Source: Macrostomum lignano (Eukaryota). Taken from it: a DNA stretch of 64,000 nt. The notes beneath the pieces are model-generated. The model was not told the DNA's origin and did not search any database. It worked only from the letters and a program-made list of their open reading frames with translations. The stretch is from contig NIVC01000032.1 of assembly GCA_002269645.1 (NCBI GenBank), forward strand, positions 930,001 through 994,000, written 5' to 3'. This document shows, in pieces, positions 51,901 through 62,910 of the stretch. Each line of letters opens with the position of its first letter. Positions within the stretch are counted from its first letter, which is position 1. The translations under genes were made by a program, and so were the position numbers.

Positions 51901-54900
51901 AAACAAAAATGACAAGAAAGGTTATTAATAGTGCATAAACGGTGCCCTCCCATTGTCTCACCAATAACGGGAACCGCATCCGAAGTCGGTGGCATTGCCT
52001 CGGCCACCATCATGAGAAACACGGTCAAGGACAACAGGATAGTAACACCTGTGCTCGCCAATTCGAATGTTGTCCCAGAGCGAAGGTGAGAAACAAAGGA
52101 TATCGAAAATTAACAAAATAAATCGTTGCATTGTATTTGTGCTTTGCAACATTTATCTAAACAAAAATTTACGATTGTCTAGTCATTAATTTTACAACGT
52201 ATTTTGCGCACACCTACACTGTTCTATCGCTAGAAACGATTTATTTTAAAAAATTAAAAAAGTGTGCATGGCTGGTAAGATTGGCAGGCACGGAATGACC
52301 GGATCGTTTTGCCAAAAGTTGATTTTCAAATAAATTAAATAAAACAAATATTAATATAAAAAACGCGTTAAATTTACAGTTAAACAAAATTGACGTTGTT
52401 AGGTACTGGTATAATTAAAAGTTATTAATTATTTTGAAAATGAAAAGTCAGCAAACGATTTAAACAAAATTGTTTTTACTTGCTTTAAAACTGTTAGCTC
52501 ACCAATAAGTGGCACCGCTTCGGAAGTCTGCGGCATTGCGTCGGCCACCAGTAGTTGAAACATTGTTAACGACAACATTATTGTCACTCCTAGAGTTGTC
52601 ATTAAAATGTACTTTTACTGCAAATTATAGATTATAGCAAATTATATAGGCCATGCTACAACAGCTAGTTATGAATGGGCTTATGGTCTACTACAGTTTT
52701 AGGTAAGAACAGTGCGCAGTGCTGGGTAAGTTTTTTGTGAAAATGTTTACTTGAAATTTGTTGATCTGTTTAGAGTCTGTACCATAGAAACTCCACCTGT
52801 TAGACAGAAGTTACACACACCTGTTAGACACAAGCTACACACCTGTTAGACACAAGCTACACACTTGTTAGACACAAGCTACACACACCTGTTAGACACA
52901 AGCTACACACACCTGTTAGACACAAGCTACACACACCTGTTAGACACAAGCTACACACCTGTTAGACACAAGCTACACACCTGTTAGACACAAGCTACAC
53001 ACTTGTTAGACACAAGCTACACACCTGTTAGACACTAGCTACACACCTGTTAGACACAAGCTACACACCTGTTAGACACAAGCTACACACCTTTTAGACA
53101 CAAACTACGTGTACAAACTTGTTAGACACAAGCTACACACGGTTAGACACAAGCTACACACCTGTTAGACACAAGCCACACACCTGTAAGACACAAGCTA
53201 CACACACCTGTTAGACACAAGCTACACACACCTGTTAGACACAAGCTACACACACCTGTTAGACACAAGCTACACACACCTGTTAGACACAAGCTACACA
53301 CACCTGTTAGACACAAGCTACACACACCTGTTAGACACAAGCTACACACACCTGTTAGACACAAGCTACACACACCTGTTAGACACAAGCTACACACCTT
53401 TTAGACACAAACTACGTGTACAAACTTGTTAGACACAAGCTACACACGGTTAGACACAAGCTACACACCTGTTAGACACAAGCCACACACCTGTAAGACA
53501 CAAGCTACACACCTGTTAGACACAAGCTACACACCTGTTAGACACAAGCTACACACCTGTTAGACACAAGCTACACACTCCTGTTAGACACAAGCTACAT
53601 ACCTGTAAGACACAAGCTACACACCTGTTAGACACAAGCTACACACCTGTTAGACACAAGCTACACACATGTTAGACAAAAGCTACACACTCCTGTTAGA
53701 CACAAGCTACACACCTGTTAGACACAAGCAGAACACACCTGTTAGACACAAGCAGAACACACCTGTTAGACACAAGCTACACACTTGTTAGACACAAGCT
53801 ACACACGGTTAGACACAAGCTACACACCTGTTAGACACAAGCTACACACTTGTTAGACACAAGCTACACACGGTTAGACACAAGCTACACACCTGTAAGA
53901 CACAAGCTACACACACCTGTTAGACACAAGCAGAACACACCTGTTAGACACAAGCTACACACCTGTTAGACACAAGCAGAACACACCTGTTAGACACAAG
54001 CTACACACCTGTTAGACACAAGCTACACACCTGTTAGACACAAGCTACACACCTGTAAGACACAAGCTACACACACCTGTTAGACACAAGCTACACACAC
54101 CTGTTAGACACAAGCTACACACCTGTTAGACACAAGCTACACACCTGTTAGACACAAGCTACACACCTGTTAGACACAAGCAGAACACACCTGTTAGACA
54201 CAAGCTACACACCTGTTAGACACAAGCTACAAATCTGTTAGACACAAGCTACACACATGTTAGACACAAGCTACACACCTGTTAGACACAAGCAGAACAC
54301 ACCTGTTAGACACAAGCTAAATATAAGCAGAACCCATAAACACACGTCTCTTGCTACGAGTAAACTTCTTTTAGTTGCAGTTCCAAACTTATACGAGCAG
54401 GTGGCTATGACAAAACTCGTAGCAGGTAGATAATAGAAATGCATGCAACAGAAAGTGCTCAAGCAACAATAAATTCGATTAAATGACAAAAATATCAACT
54501 TTAAACTAAGCTTTCTATTCCGATTGTTACAAATATAAATTATAGATACCTGCTACATTACTCGATGCCAATAGATTTTTTATCGGGTTAAAAACAGCTT
54601 TTGAATTGGACTTTAGAGTAGGACTGTTAGAATAAATCTAAGCAATAGAGGAGATGAATCCATTCAAAGAATACGACAGTCAACCAAGGCAGACAGGCAG
54701 TCATGCCAACAGCCACAATTTCTAAAGTATTCGAAGATATACCAGTAATTTTAAAATCTTGCACTCAATAGCCCTAGCAAGGTGCAATCGTTGAAAAACA
54801 TCAAACTGAAAGGAACGTAAGCCCACCCAGTTGTCTGGAGCGGCGCTCTGATGTGCCAGCGGCCCAGGCTCGATTCCAAGTGCAGTTACATTAATTTGTG

Positions 54901-57900
54901 GCTACATTGTGGCTACATTGACTCTGCTCGTGAAATTAACGCTCAGCTTGAGGCCCGAACCCCAAGGCACAGTGAAGTGTACATGCCTAACGATAAATAA
55001 AGTTAGGGTCGCTGTACACTCCTGTGTGAGTGTGTGCCTGTGCAAATGACTGCGTACGTATCCGCGCGCTTGTGTGCCTGCTCAGGGGAGTCGGCGGAAT
55101 GGGGGCAGTAATGCCTCACGCCGGTTGTGTGACAATGTCGCCTACTTAAAATGCCTCTAATAAAAACGGACGCACCTAAAGAGATTTTCTCGCCAGCATC
55201 GGGCGGCAAGATGAAAGTGAGTAGCGCCATAGACGAGATGAGCACGCATGGAATGATGAGGTTAAAGCCATAGTATAGGGTCCGCCTGCGGATCTTAATT
55301 TGATATCGCAGATCTATGAACGGATGCGGGCAGCAGTCGTAGGTAATGGCGAATCTTTGACAGGGCATCTCTGCAAAGCACAGTCAGAGTTAAACAATTG
55401 CACAGATAATTTGCATAGGGTGTTGCCTTACCGAACATTTTTAAGTGCGCGTTGACGCGTCGTCAATAAGGTTATCCAAGGTGGGTTCTTTTAGAGCAGC
55501 TGGACCAGGAACCAGACGTCAAAAATAATCAAAACAGTTACTTCGTACTGCACGAAAATGAATGGGATATACCGTGCTAATTGTGCTATATATCGATAGA
55601 CAAGCTGCAAACAGATTAAACGTGAAAATTAAAATTTCAACAGTTGTGCTTGTTGAAGACATGCATTAATGTGTGCGCGTATTTGTTGAAGTACACATGA
55701 ATTTCAACTGTTCACTTGGTCAAGACCTTGCCAGAGAATCTTACCAGCCATGCTGCATACTATAGCTTTTTGCAGCCCATTTAGGCTTATACACATTGAA
55801 TTTACTCCAAGACATGTCCACATATAGTAATGGAGCTTTTGTCTATGGTAGCAAGTTTGGCACAGGTCCAACATTCCACTGCACCAATACAGGGTGACGC
55901 CAAGAATACAATCTGCTCAGTTACAACAAAAACAAAATAGCATTTCAGCATGTTCAAAACTTCACAAACAAAAGCTCCATTACTTTGGTAGACATATCTT
56001 GGATTAAATTAAATGCATGTAAGCCCAGATCTGGGCTGCAGAAAGCAATATTAACCATTTTTACATTGCACACTGATCTATGGAATGCGATTCGCCCTCT
56101 TACCGAAGCTGACTTTCTCGCCAGCATCAGGCGGTATGATGAAGCTTAGCAGAGCTAGGCAAGCCAAGAATGAGCATGGCGCTATCAAGTTGAATATGTA
56201 ATAAAGCTTTCTTCGACGGATTTTCATGAAGAATTCCAGATCTATGAATGGATAGGTGCAGCAGTCGTACAGATTACTGTGTCGAATTCCGGGAATCTCT
56301 GCAAGCCAAATGCGGGGAAGTTTTCGCACTTTGTGGACAGATTCTGCTACACCAAAAGTGCATTAGCAATCGGATAAGAAAGTTCGAAAGTTCCTTTCTT
56401 ATACTCGTAGAATTGCTCTTTTTATTGCCAATCGTTCAGATTAACAGGATCTTCTTTTGCGTAAGGAACCGCTGCAGCTAGTTAGCTGGCAAGGCACCTG
56501 GTTAACCCTTATGCTTGGGGTCTCTAGTCCTCTCCTCTGCTCTCCTTTCCTCTCCTCTCCTCTCCTCTCCTCTCCTCTCCTCTCCTCTCCTCTCCTCTCC
56601 TCTCCTCTCCTCTCCTCTCCTCTCCTCTCCACTCCTCTCCACTCCTCTCCTCTCCACTCTGCTCTCCTCTCCTCTCCTCTCTGCTCTCCTCTCTGCTCTC
56701 CTCTCCTCTCCTTTCCTCTCCTCTCCTCTCCTCTCCTCTCCTCTCCTCTCCTCTCCTCTCCTCTCCTCTCCTCTTCTCTAATCTCATCTCCTCCTTCTCA
56801 TCTCCCTTCCTCTCCTCTTTTCTCAATCTCTCCTCTCCTCTCCTCTCCTCTCCTCTCCTCTCCTCTCACCTTCTCTCTTCTAGTGTTTTTCCTCGTCTCC
56901 TTTCCCATATATCCCTTATCTGTTCTCAATTATCTTTCCTCTCTCCCCTGTTCCGGTCCGCAGTCATGCTCTAGGTTCTCTATCTGGCCCTTGAAATGAA
57001 AACGTCAGCTGACTTCTGCCTTAATCAGTGTATATTATGTGTTTAAATTAGTAAATCATCTTTTAAACTGCAAACGGAAATAGCTAAAAATAACAAATAA
57101 TAACAAAAAATCGCTAATTACCGAGGGAGAAATTATGCAATAATTAGTAGTTCGAGTTTTTTCCACAATAATTTAGCTCCGTTTTCTTCAACTAGATTTG
57201 ATCAGCCGTCTAGCATATTGGTTTAATCGTGCTAAACAAACTTTCAACAGTTGGGACAACTTCAAGCTTTCCTTAAATTAATAATTTATTCGTGTTATTG
57301 ACTCCGCGCTCGTTCGATTTGTTTTGCTTTAATGACGGATGATGGATTGATTAACCAAAAGCTCCTCTGACGGGGCCCAGCAGCCTTGTTAGACTTTTGC
57401 TTTAATCCCCCTCCCCAATACCTAGCCTCTCGTGTTCTGTTTAATTATGCAGACTCGACAACTCTGAAGCGAAAAAGCATGTTGGCTGACTGGCAGGGAG
57501 AATTATATGACAGCCTTGCAAGCAGTGTGGCTTTATAGCTGGCGCCACCAGACCTAACTGGGGCAAAAACTGGAAAAGTCCTAATTAGTTTTTAACAAGA
57601 TTTTTCTCGCGGCACTGTTGTAACTGCAAACTGTCCAAACTGTTAGACACCTGTGCAGCAGACTCGACTTGTTAGCACTCTGTCCGGGGCCTCAGTCTGC
57701 TAATAAATTGACGATGTCAGAGAGCCTAGCTGGTCAACATTTAACAACAGATTTGTGAGCGCACCCGGTAGCTAAATTAAATGCTTTCTTTGCTTAGGGT
57801 AATTCATTAAGTAAATTGATATTTGGTCAAACGGTTTTTTCAATGAATTATTCTAAACTATGTACTCAATCCGTAAACTGGACTTTCATATCAATTAGGT

Positions 57901-60900
57901 TAATTAGAAACACACAAGTTAATTTGCAACCCGAGATCGGTTAGTCAAGTAAAAAAAGCAAATGTAACAGAAAAGCAAAATTATCAAACCTTCGAGGTTC
58001 CATTCTCCGCTAGGAATGTAGGTAGAAATGTCTCCAGCCCCATTCACTGAGCAGTTTAACGGGTCGTTCAGACGCTGCTCAATCGTCACCAAGCTCTCAT
58101 TGTTGCACTTGAACCTCAAATCGACTGTGCCGCCGTCATAGGTCCACGAGCCGAATTTCAGTTTGCACACCTGGGTATCAAACGGGAACCAGGTGATGTC
58201 AATCTTGCAGGTTGAACGAAACATTCCAGGCGGTACGTAGGTCATGAGGCCCGTGTGGTCGATGACCACGTTGGTCGGATAGGTTGCATCGAACTTCTCG
58301 TCGGCGCTGTGTGAAAAAACAATGGTAGCAACTTTACAGGAATTTTGCTGGCAAAAGCAACGGCCACTTTAGTATAACAGGAAGCAATCTGGATTTTCAT
58401 ATTAGCTCATATTTCCTTTTTATTTCATCAGCTCAAGGAACTAGTATGCATCGAAATGAAATTTTTATTTCAAATATACTTGACTCAAGAAAGAGCAAAA
58501 CAAAAAGTTCTGCAAATACTACTTGTGAGTATTTAGACCTTTGGGCTTGTGAAATAAAAACAAAACAATATGAAAGCAAAATTTTAAGTACACAGCTATA
58601 TAAAATATTAATAATAATAATTGATTACACCTGCCCTAATAGGCAGATGTGCAACCGACAGCTCAGCCGCAGCTATTGCGCGGCGCATCTGAAGGCTGCG
58701 TACGGCTGTTCAGTCCATGGACTGGGGGGTCGCCACACACAGCCTCAATTACCCCAGCTAATGCTGGCACCCATTTTACAGCTGGGTGAACTGAAGCAAT
58801 GCAGGGCTGAGTGTCTTGCTCTCAAGGACACAAATCGTTCCAGTGGGAATCGAACCCCCGACCTTGGGGTATATAAAATAGAGTAGAATAGCATGCTGAT
58901 GTGCATGCTAATTTAAAAGAATGACAATCTTCACTGCCCAGATCAAATGTAATAATTTATTATCTGATGCAAAAAAATGATTCTCTTCCATCTCCGCAGT
59001 GTGTTGTTTGCAGGAAATCGGCCTCCTGTTATACTACAGTGGTCCTTGAGCAAAAGATGATTATATGACAGTCAAGACAGCCTTTTCAAATTAGCTTACC
59101 TATTGTACAGCAGAATATCCGGTTTCCAGACTCGTTTTGGGTCGATATTAATTTTTGTAACCTGCCCATATTCAGCAGGATCCCATTTAAAATGATAGTC
59201 GACCCAAGTCTGGAAAAGGAATTTAAACAAAATTGTTGAATTGTTAATGCAGGCAACATGCTCGAAATTTCTTTAGAAAAATCCAAAGCTTTGCTTATGT
59301 GTAATTACTCATATGGAAATGCGCTAAAACAACAGTTATATCGGATTCATTAATTTCCATTAAAGTACATGAAAAACGTGAAACAAACCAGTTCTGATAA
59401 TTTGTGCCGAATCTGTAGGCTTAAGTTGTTAGACAGCCAACAGCTGTGCATCTGGCAGTTGGGTCTGGGTCTTCGATTAATAAAGAAATAGACCTCCTCG
59501 ACTTGAACGGTCTTTTCCCGGATGTATATTATAATCCGCAAGTTCACAGAATATTTCTAGACTATAGTTTGTAAAGTTTTTAAACTATATATAGGATATA
59601 GAACTGTTTGCACCAACAGATGCAGGTCAATTTCACAGGAACTCACGGTTTTTGCGTGGAAAAATACAGTAGCGAGGAAGGAAGTTATTACTTTACTAGC
59701 ATTATATTGACAACGCCTCACCTTCTGAAAGTCCTCTCTCCCCTCATCTCTTCCTCTCTCCTCATCTCCTCTCTCCCTTCATCTCTTCCTCTCTCCTCAT
59801 CTCCTCTCTCCCCTCATCTCTTCCTCTCCCCTCAGCTCCTCCCTCCCCTCATCTCCTCTCTCCCCTCATCTCCTCTCTCCCCTCATCTCCTCTCTCCCCT
59901 CATCTCCTCTCTCCCCTCATCTCCTCTCTCCCCTCATCTCCTCTCTCCCCTCAGCTCCTCTCTCCCCTCATCTCCTCTCTCCCCTCATCTCTTCTCTCCC
60001 CTCATCTCCTCTCTCCCCTCAGCTCCTCCCTCCCCTCATCTCCTCTCTCCCCTCATCTCCTCTCTCCCCTCATCTCCTCTCTCCCCTCATCTCCTCTCTC
60101 CCCTCAGCTCCTCTCTCCCCTCATCTCCTCTCTCCCCTCATCTCCTCTCTCCCTTCATCTCTTCCTCTCTCCTCATCTCCTCTCTCCCCTCATCTCTTCC
60201 TCTCTCCTCATCTCCTCTCTCCCTTCATCTCTTCCTCTCTCCTCATCTCCTCTCTCCCCTCATCTCTTCCTCTCTCCTCATCTCCTCTCTCCCCTCATCT
60301 CCTCTCTCCCCTCATCTCCTCTCTCCCCTCATCTCCTCTCTCCCCTCATCTCCTCTCTCCCCTCAGCTCCTCTCTCCCTCATCTCCTCTCTCCCCTCATC
60401 TCTTCTCTCCCCTCATCTCCTCTCTCCCCTCAGCTCCTCCCTCCCCTCATCTCCTCTCTCCCCTCATCTCCTCTCTCCCCTCATCTCCTCTGTCCCCTCA
60501 TCTCCTCTCTCCCCTCATCTCCTCTCTCCCTCATCTCCTCTCTCCCCTCATCTCCTCTCTCCCTTCATCTCTTCCTCTCTCCTCATCTCCTCTCTCCCCT
60601 CATCTCTTCCTCTCTCCTCATCTCCTCTCTCCCTTCATCTCTTCCTCTCTCCTCATCTCCTCTCTCCCCTCATCTCTTCCTCTCTCCTCATCTCCTCTCT
60701 CCCCTCATCTCCTCTCTCCCCTCAGCTCCTCTCTCCCCTCATCTCCTCTCTCCCCTCATCTCCTCTCTCCCCTCATCTCCTCTCTCCCCTCAGCTCCTCT
60801 CTCCCCTCATCTCCTCTCTCCCCTCATCTCTTCTCTCCCCTCATCTCCTCTCTCCCCTCAGCTCCTCCCTCCCCTCATCTCCTCTCTCCCCTCATCTCCT

Positions 60901-61860
60901 CTCTCCCCTCATCTCCTCTCTCCCCTCATCTCCTCTCTCCCCTCATCTCCTCTCTCCCCTCATCTCCTCTCTCCCCTCATCTCCTCTCTCCCCTCATCTC
61001 CTCTCTCCCTTCATCTCTTCCTCTCTCCTCATCTCCTCTCTCCCCTCATCTCCTCTCTCCCCTCATCTCCTCTCTCCCTTCATCTCTTCCTCTCTCCTCA
61101 TCTCCTCTCTCCCCTCATCTCTTCCTCTCTCCTCATCTCCTCTCTCCCCTCATCTCCTCTCTCCCCTCATCTCCTCTCTCCCCTCAGCTCCTCTCTCCCC
61201 TCATCTCCTCTCTCCCCTCATCTCCTCTCTCCCCTCATCTCCTCTCTCCCCTCAGCTCCTCTCTCCCCTCATCTCCTCTCTCCCCTCATCTCTTCTCTCC
61301 CCTCATCTCCTCTCTCCCCTCAGCTCCTCCCTCCCCTCATCTCCTCTCTCCCCTCATCTCCTCTCTCCCCTCATCTCCTCTCTCCCCTCATCTCCTCTCT
61401 CCCCTCATCTCCTCTCTCCCCTCATCTCCTCTCTCCCCTCATCTCCTCTCTCCCCTCAGCTCCTCTCTCCCTCATCTCCTCTCTCCCCTCATCTCCTCTC
61501 TCCCCTCATCTCTTCTCTCCACTTCCTCTCCACCCTCTATTGGCTGTCGTATCAAATGTCTACCGCTATCACTACCTGGTCTTTCCGCCTCTTCCAATTT
61601 ATGTTAAATTAAACTACAGTCGTAATTAATAGTTCCGATAACAACAATGACAATCAATTATTTTGCTAGTACAGACAATGATCTATCATGGCACAACAAG
61701 CAATCAAAAGCGAGATGCCTAAAATTGAAACATGTACAAACTACAAAAGTACAAAAAAATACGTGAAAAAACACATGTTACTGTTTTTGCATCGACTCCA
61801 GCGTAAGGCACTCACCAAATCCAACCAAATGTTAGCAAACAGGATCTGGTTTTTCTCATC
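48998..61860 (-). CDS. alpha7-like nAChR alpha subunit (gene 2) with duplicated exons 7 and 8; exons 1-2 not found in the window
   Basis: Exons (minus): 61860-61816 (45 nt, [15 protein letters not shown]), 59209-59100 (110 nt, [10 protein letters not shown]), 58306-57990 (Cys-loop [18 protein letters not shown]), 7A 56298-56104 or 7B 55370-55176 (195 nt), 8A 52589-52503 or 8B 52048-51962 (87 nt), 51004-50895 (110 nt, TM3), 49618-48998 (TM4, stop). The 45/110/195/87/110 exon sizes match the CHRNA7/Dalpha6 gene structure. Confidence 0.93.
49676..49895 (+). mobile_element. CORE-SINE, copy 2
   Basis: B box GGTTCGATTC, CORE block and 3' tail shared with 58640-58870. Confidence 0.75.
50328..50393. 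mobile_element. Tiny palindromic element bounded by CCATAGAC...GTCTATGG
   Basis: Internal AGCTGTTGCTGCT / AGCAGCAACAGCT stem; the same end motif brackets 38186-38290. Confidence 0.45.
51140..51830. repeat. 33-bp minisatellite (CCACATGGAAGCAATCTGACATTCAACAAAAAT)
   Basis: Tandem copies in the intron between exon 8B and exon 9. Confidence 0.9.
51962..52048 (-). CDS. nAChR gene 2 alternative exon 8B (TM2: [28 protein letters not shown])
   Basis: cacag|GT...ATTG|gtgag; 87 nt, phase 1-1. Confidence 0.9.
52503..52589 (-). CDS. nAChR gene 2 alternative exon 8A (TM2: [28 protein letters not shown])
   Basis: ctctag|GA...ATTG|gtgag; 87 nt, phase 1-1; missed by the ORF track. Confidence 0.88.
52790..54320. 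repeat. 22/24-bp minisatellite (ACACCTGTTAGACACAAGCTAC)
   Basis: Roughly 65 copies in the intron between exons 7B and 8A. Confidence 0.93.
54821..55140 (+). mobile_element. Family-2 tRNA-derived SINE, near full length
   Basis: B-box-like GGCTCGATTCC head; highly similar to 62911-63210. Confidence 0.78.
55176..55370 (-). CDS. nAChR gene 2 alternative exon 7B (loop [11 protein letters not shown] + TM1, GEKISL)
   Basis: tttgcag|AG...TTAG|gtgcg; 195 nt, phase 1-1. Confidence 0.9.
56104..56298 (-). CDS. nAChR gene 2 alternative exon 7A (loop [11 protein letters not shown] + TM1, GEKVSF)
   Basis: cttgcag|AG...TTCG|gtaag; 195 nt, phase 1-1. Confidence 0.88.
56525..56950. repeat. (CTCCT)n and CT-rich simple repeat
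   Basis: Read directly. Confidence 0.9.
58640..58870 (-). mobile_element. CORE-SINE, copy 3
   Basis: Reverse complement of the 1236 and 49676 copies (CCCATTTTACAGCTGGGTGAACTGAAGCA; GAATCGAACCCC). Confidence 0.75.
59725..61530. repeat. CT-rich ~17-bp minisatellite (CTCCTCTCTCCCCTCAT)
   Basis: Read directly; explains the 673-aa S/P/L ORF. Confidence 0.93.
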
Positions 61861-62910
61861 CTAGAAATCAAAGAGTTGAGAGCGAAAAAGCTGCATGGTG
61901 AGAGCTATAAGGTAAAGCAAACTAGATCAAGGATGCCTGGGCTTATTTAACTGTTATGTTGGACTTGTAGAACATTTTCACCCTTTATTCTCTTACCAGA
62001 CAGTTGAATATTGAAATGGAAAAGAAGACTTTAAAAAAATTCAGAAAAAAATCGCAATGTTTTATAACCAAACAAAGCATGTATTGTATAGTGATGCAAG
62101 GTGTGTAAACTAACAAGGATCGATAGAGTCTCAGGTTAGCAGAGCAAGGAAGAATTGTAAAAAACGGGACTACAATACTATAGAATGCTTTTCTAGATAC
62201 ATTTGACCAGCCGATGACCAAAGCTGCAAGGTTAAAAACCTGCGGGAGTTCACTAATGGATAGGTATAGCAGGTTTTTCCCGTGAGTTGCAATCTAATCA
62301 ACTTCATCAGCATCCGCAAGCGCCATTATAGCCTGATATTGCAATCATTTTTGTCTCCATATATGTAAAAAAAGGTTCAACAAAAGTGGGGATTGAAAAG
62401 TGCTCACTTTGTCGTTGCATGCATAGGTAAGGGCGATTTTTGTCCAGTAATTTCTAACCTATGCTCACAAACATTCACTGCAAGCGAGACAAATCAGAAC
62501 GCAGTTTTAAAACAAAAATGCAGACTGTTATTTTTTGGCAAGACAAATGAAATTGGAAATGTTTTTACCAAATACGAAACCACTACCGAGTGTTATAGTA
62601 GAGATTAAAACAAAGCTACGAAATTTGAAAAATATAATCAACCAATGCAATTGCAGTCAGGGCAAAGATGGATTACTGACTGTGTCTAGCCACATGTTGG
62701 TGTAAATTATTTGCAATCTTTCGTCCTGAACAAGAAAAGTGAAAATGTGAGCAGTTATTGCGACATTTTGTTGTTATGAGAATTGTGCAAACACCTGTAA
62801 AACACACATAAGCTTGGAAAAAGCTTAGAGCACTCCAGTAATGCCTGTATTTGCTAACAACAAGAACTATCAAGTTTATCAATTAGGCTACCCGAGACAG
62901 CAAGCAATCA

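Noticed and set aside
56485-56495. 9-nt complement (CTGGCAAGG) to 55726-55734 as a competing selector that would loop out exon 7A
   Set aside because: Attractive, but 9 nt is expected by chance in a few kb; needs covariation evidence.
59350-59700. Second copy of nAChR exon 3 or exon 2 (as in Dalpha6 3a/3b)
   Set aside because: No DEKNQ-like or ERPV-like reading with splice sites was found between exons 3 and 4 or at 61900-63200.
59608-61629. 673-aa Ser/Pro/Leu ORF
   Set aside because: Translation of a CT-rich minisatellite in intron 3 of nAChR gene 2; no stop codons are possible in this repeat.
62255-62320. Possible hammerhead on the minus strand (CTGATGA-AGTTG..CAACT..GAAA)
   Set aside because: Five extra bases separate stem II from GAAA, and no convincing stems I or III.
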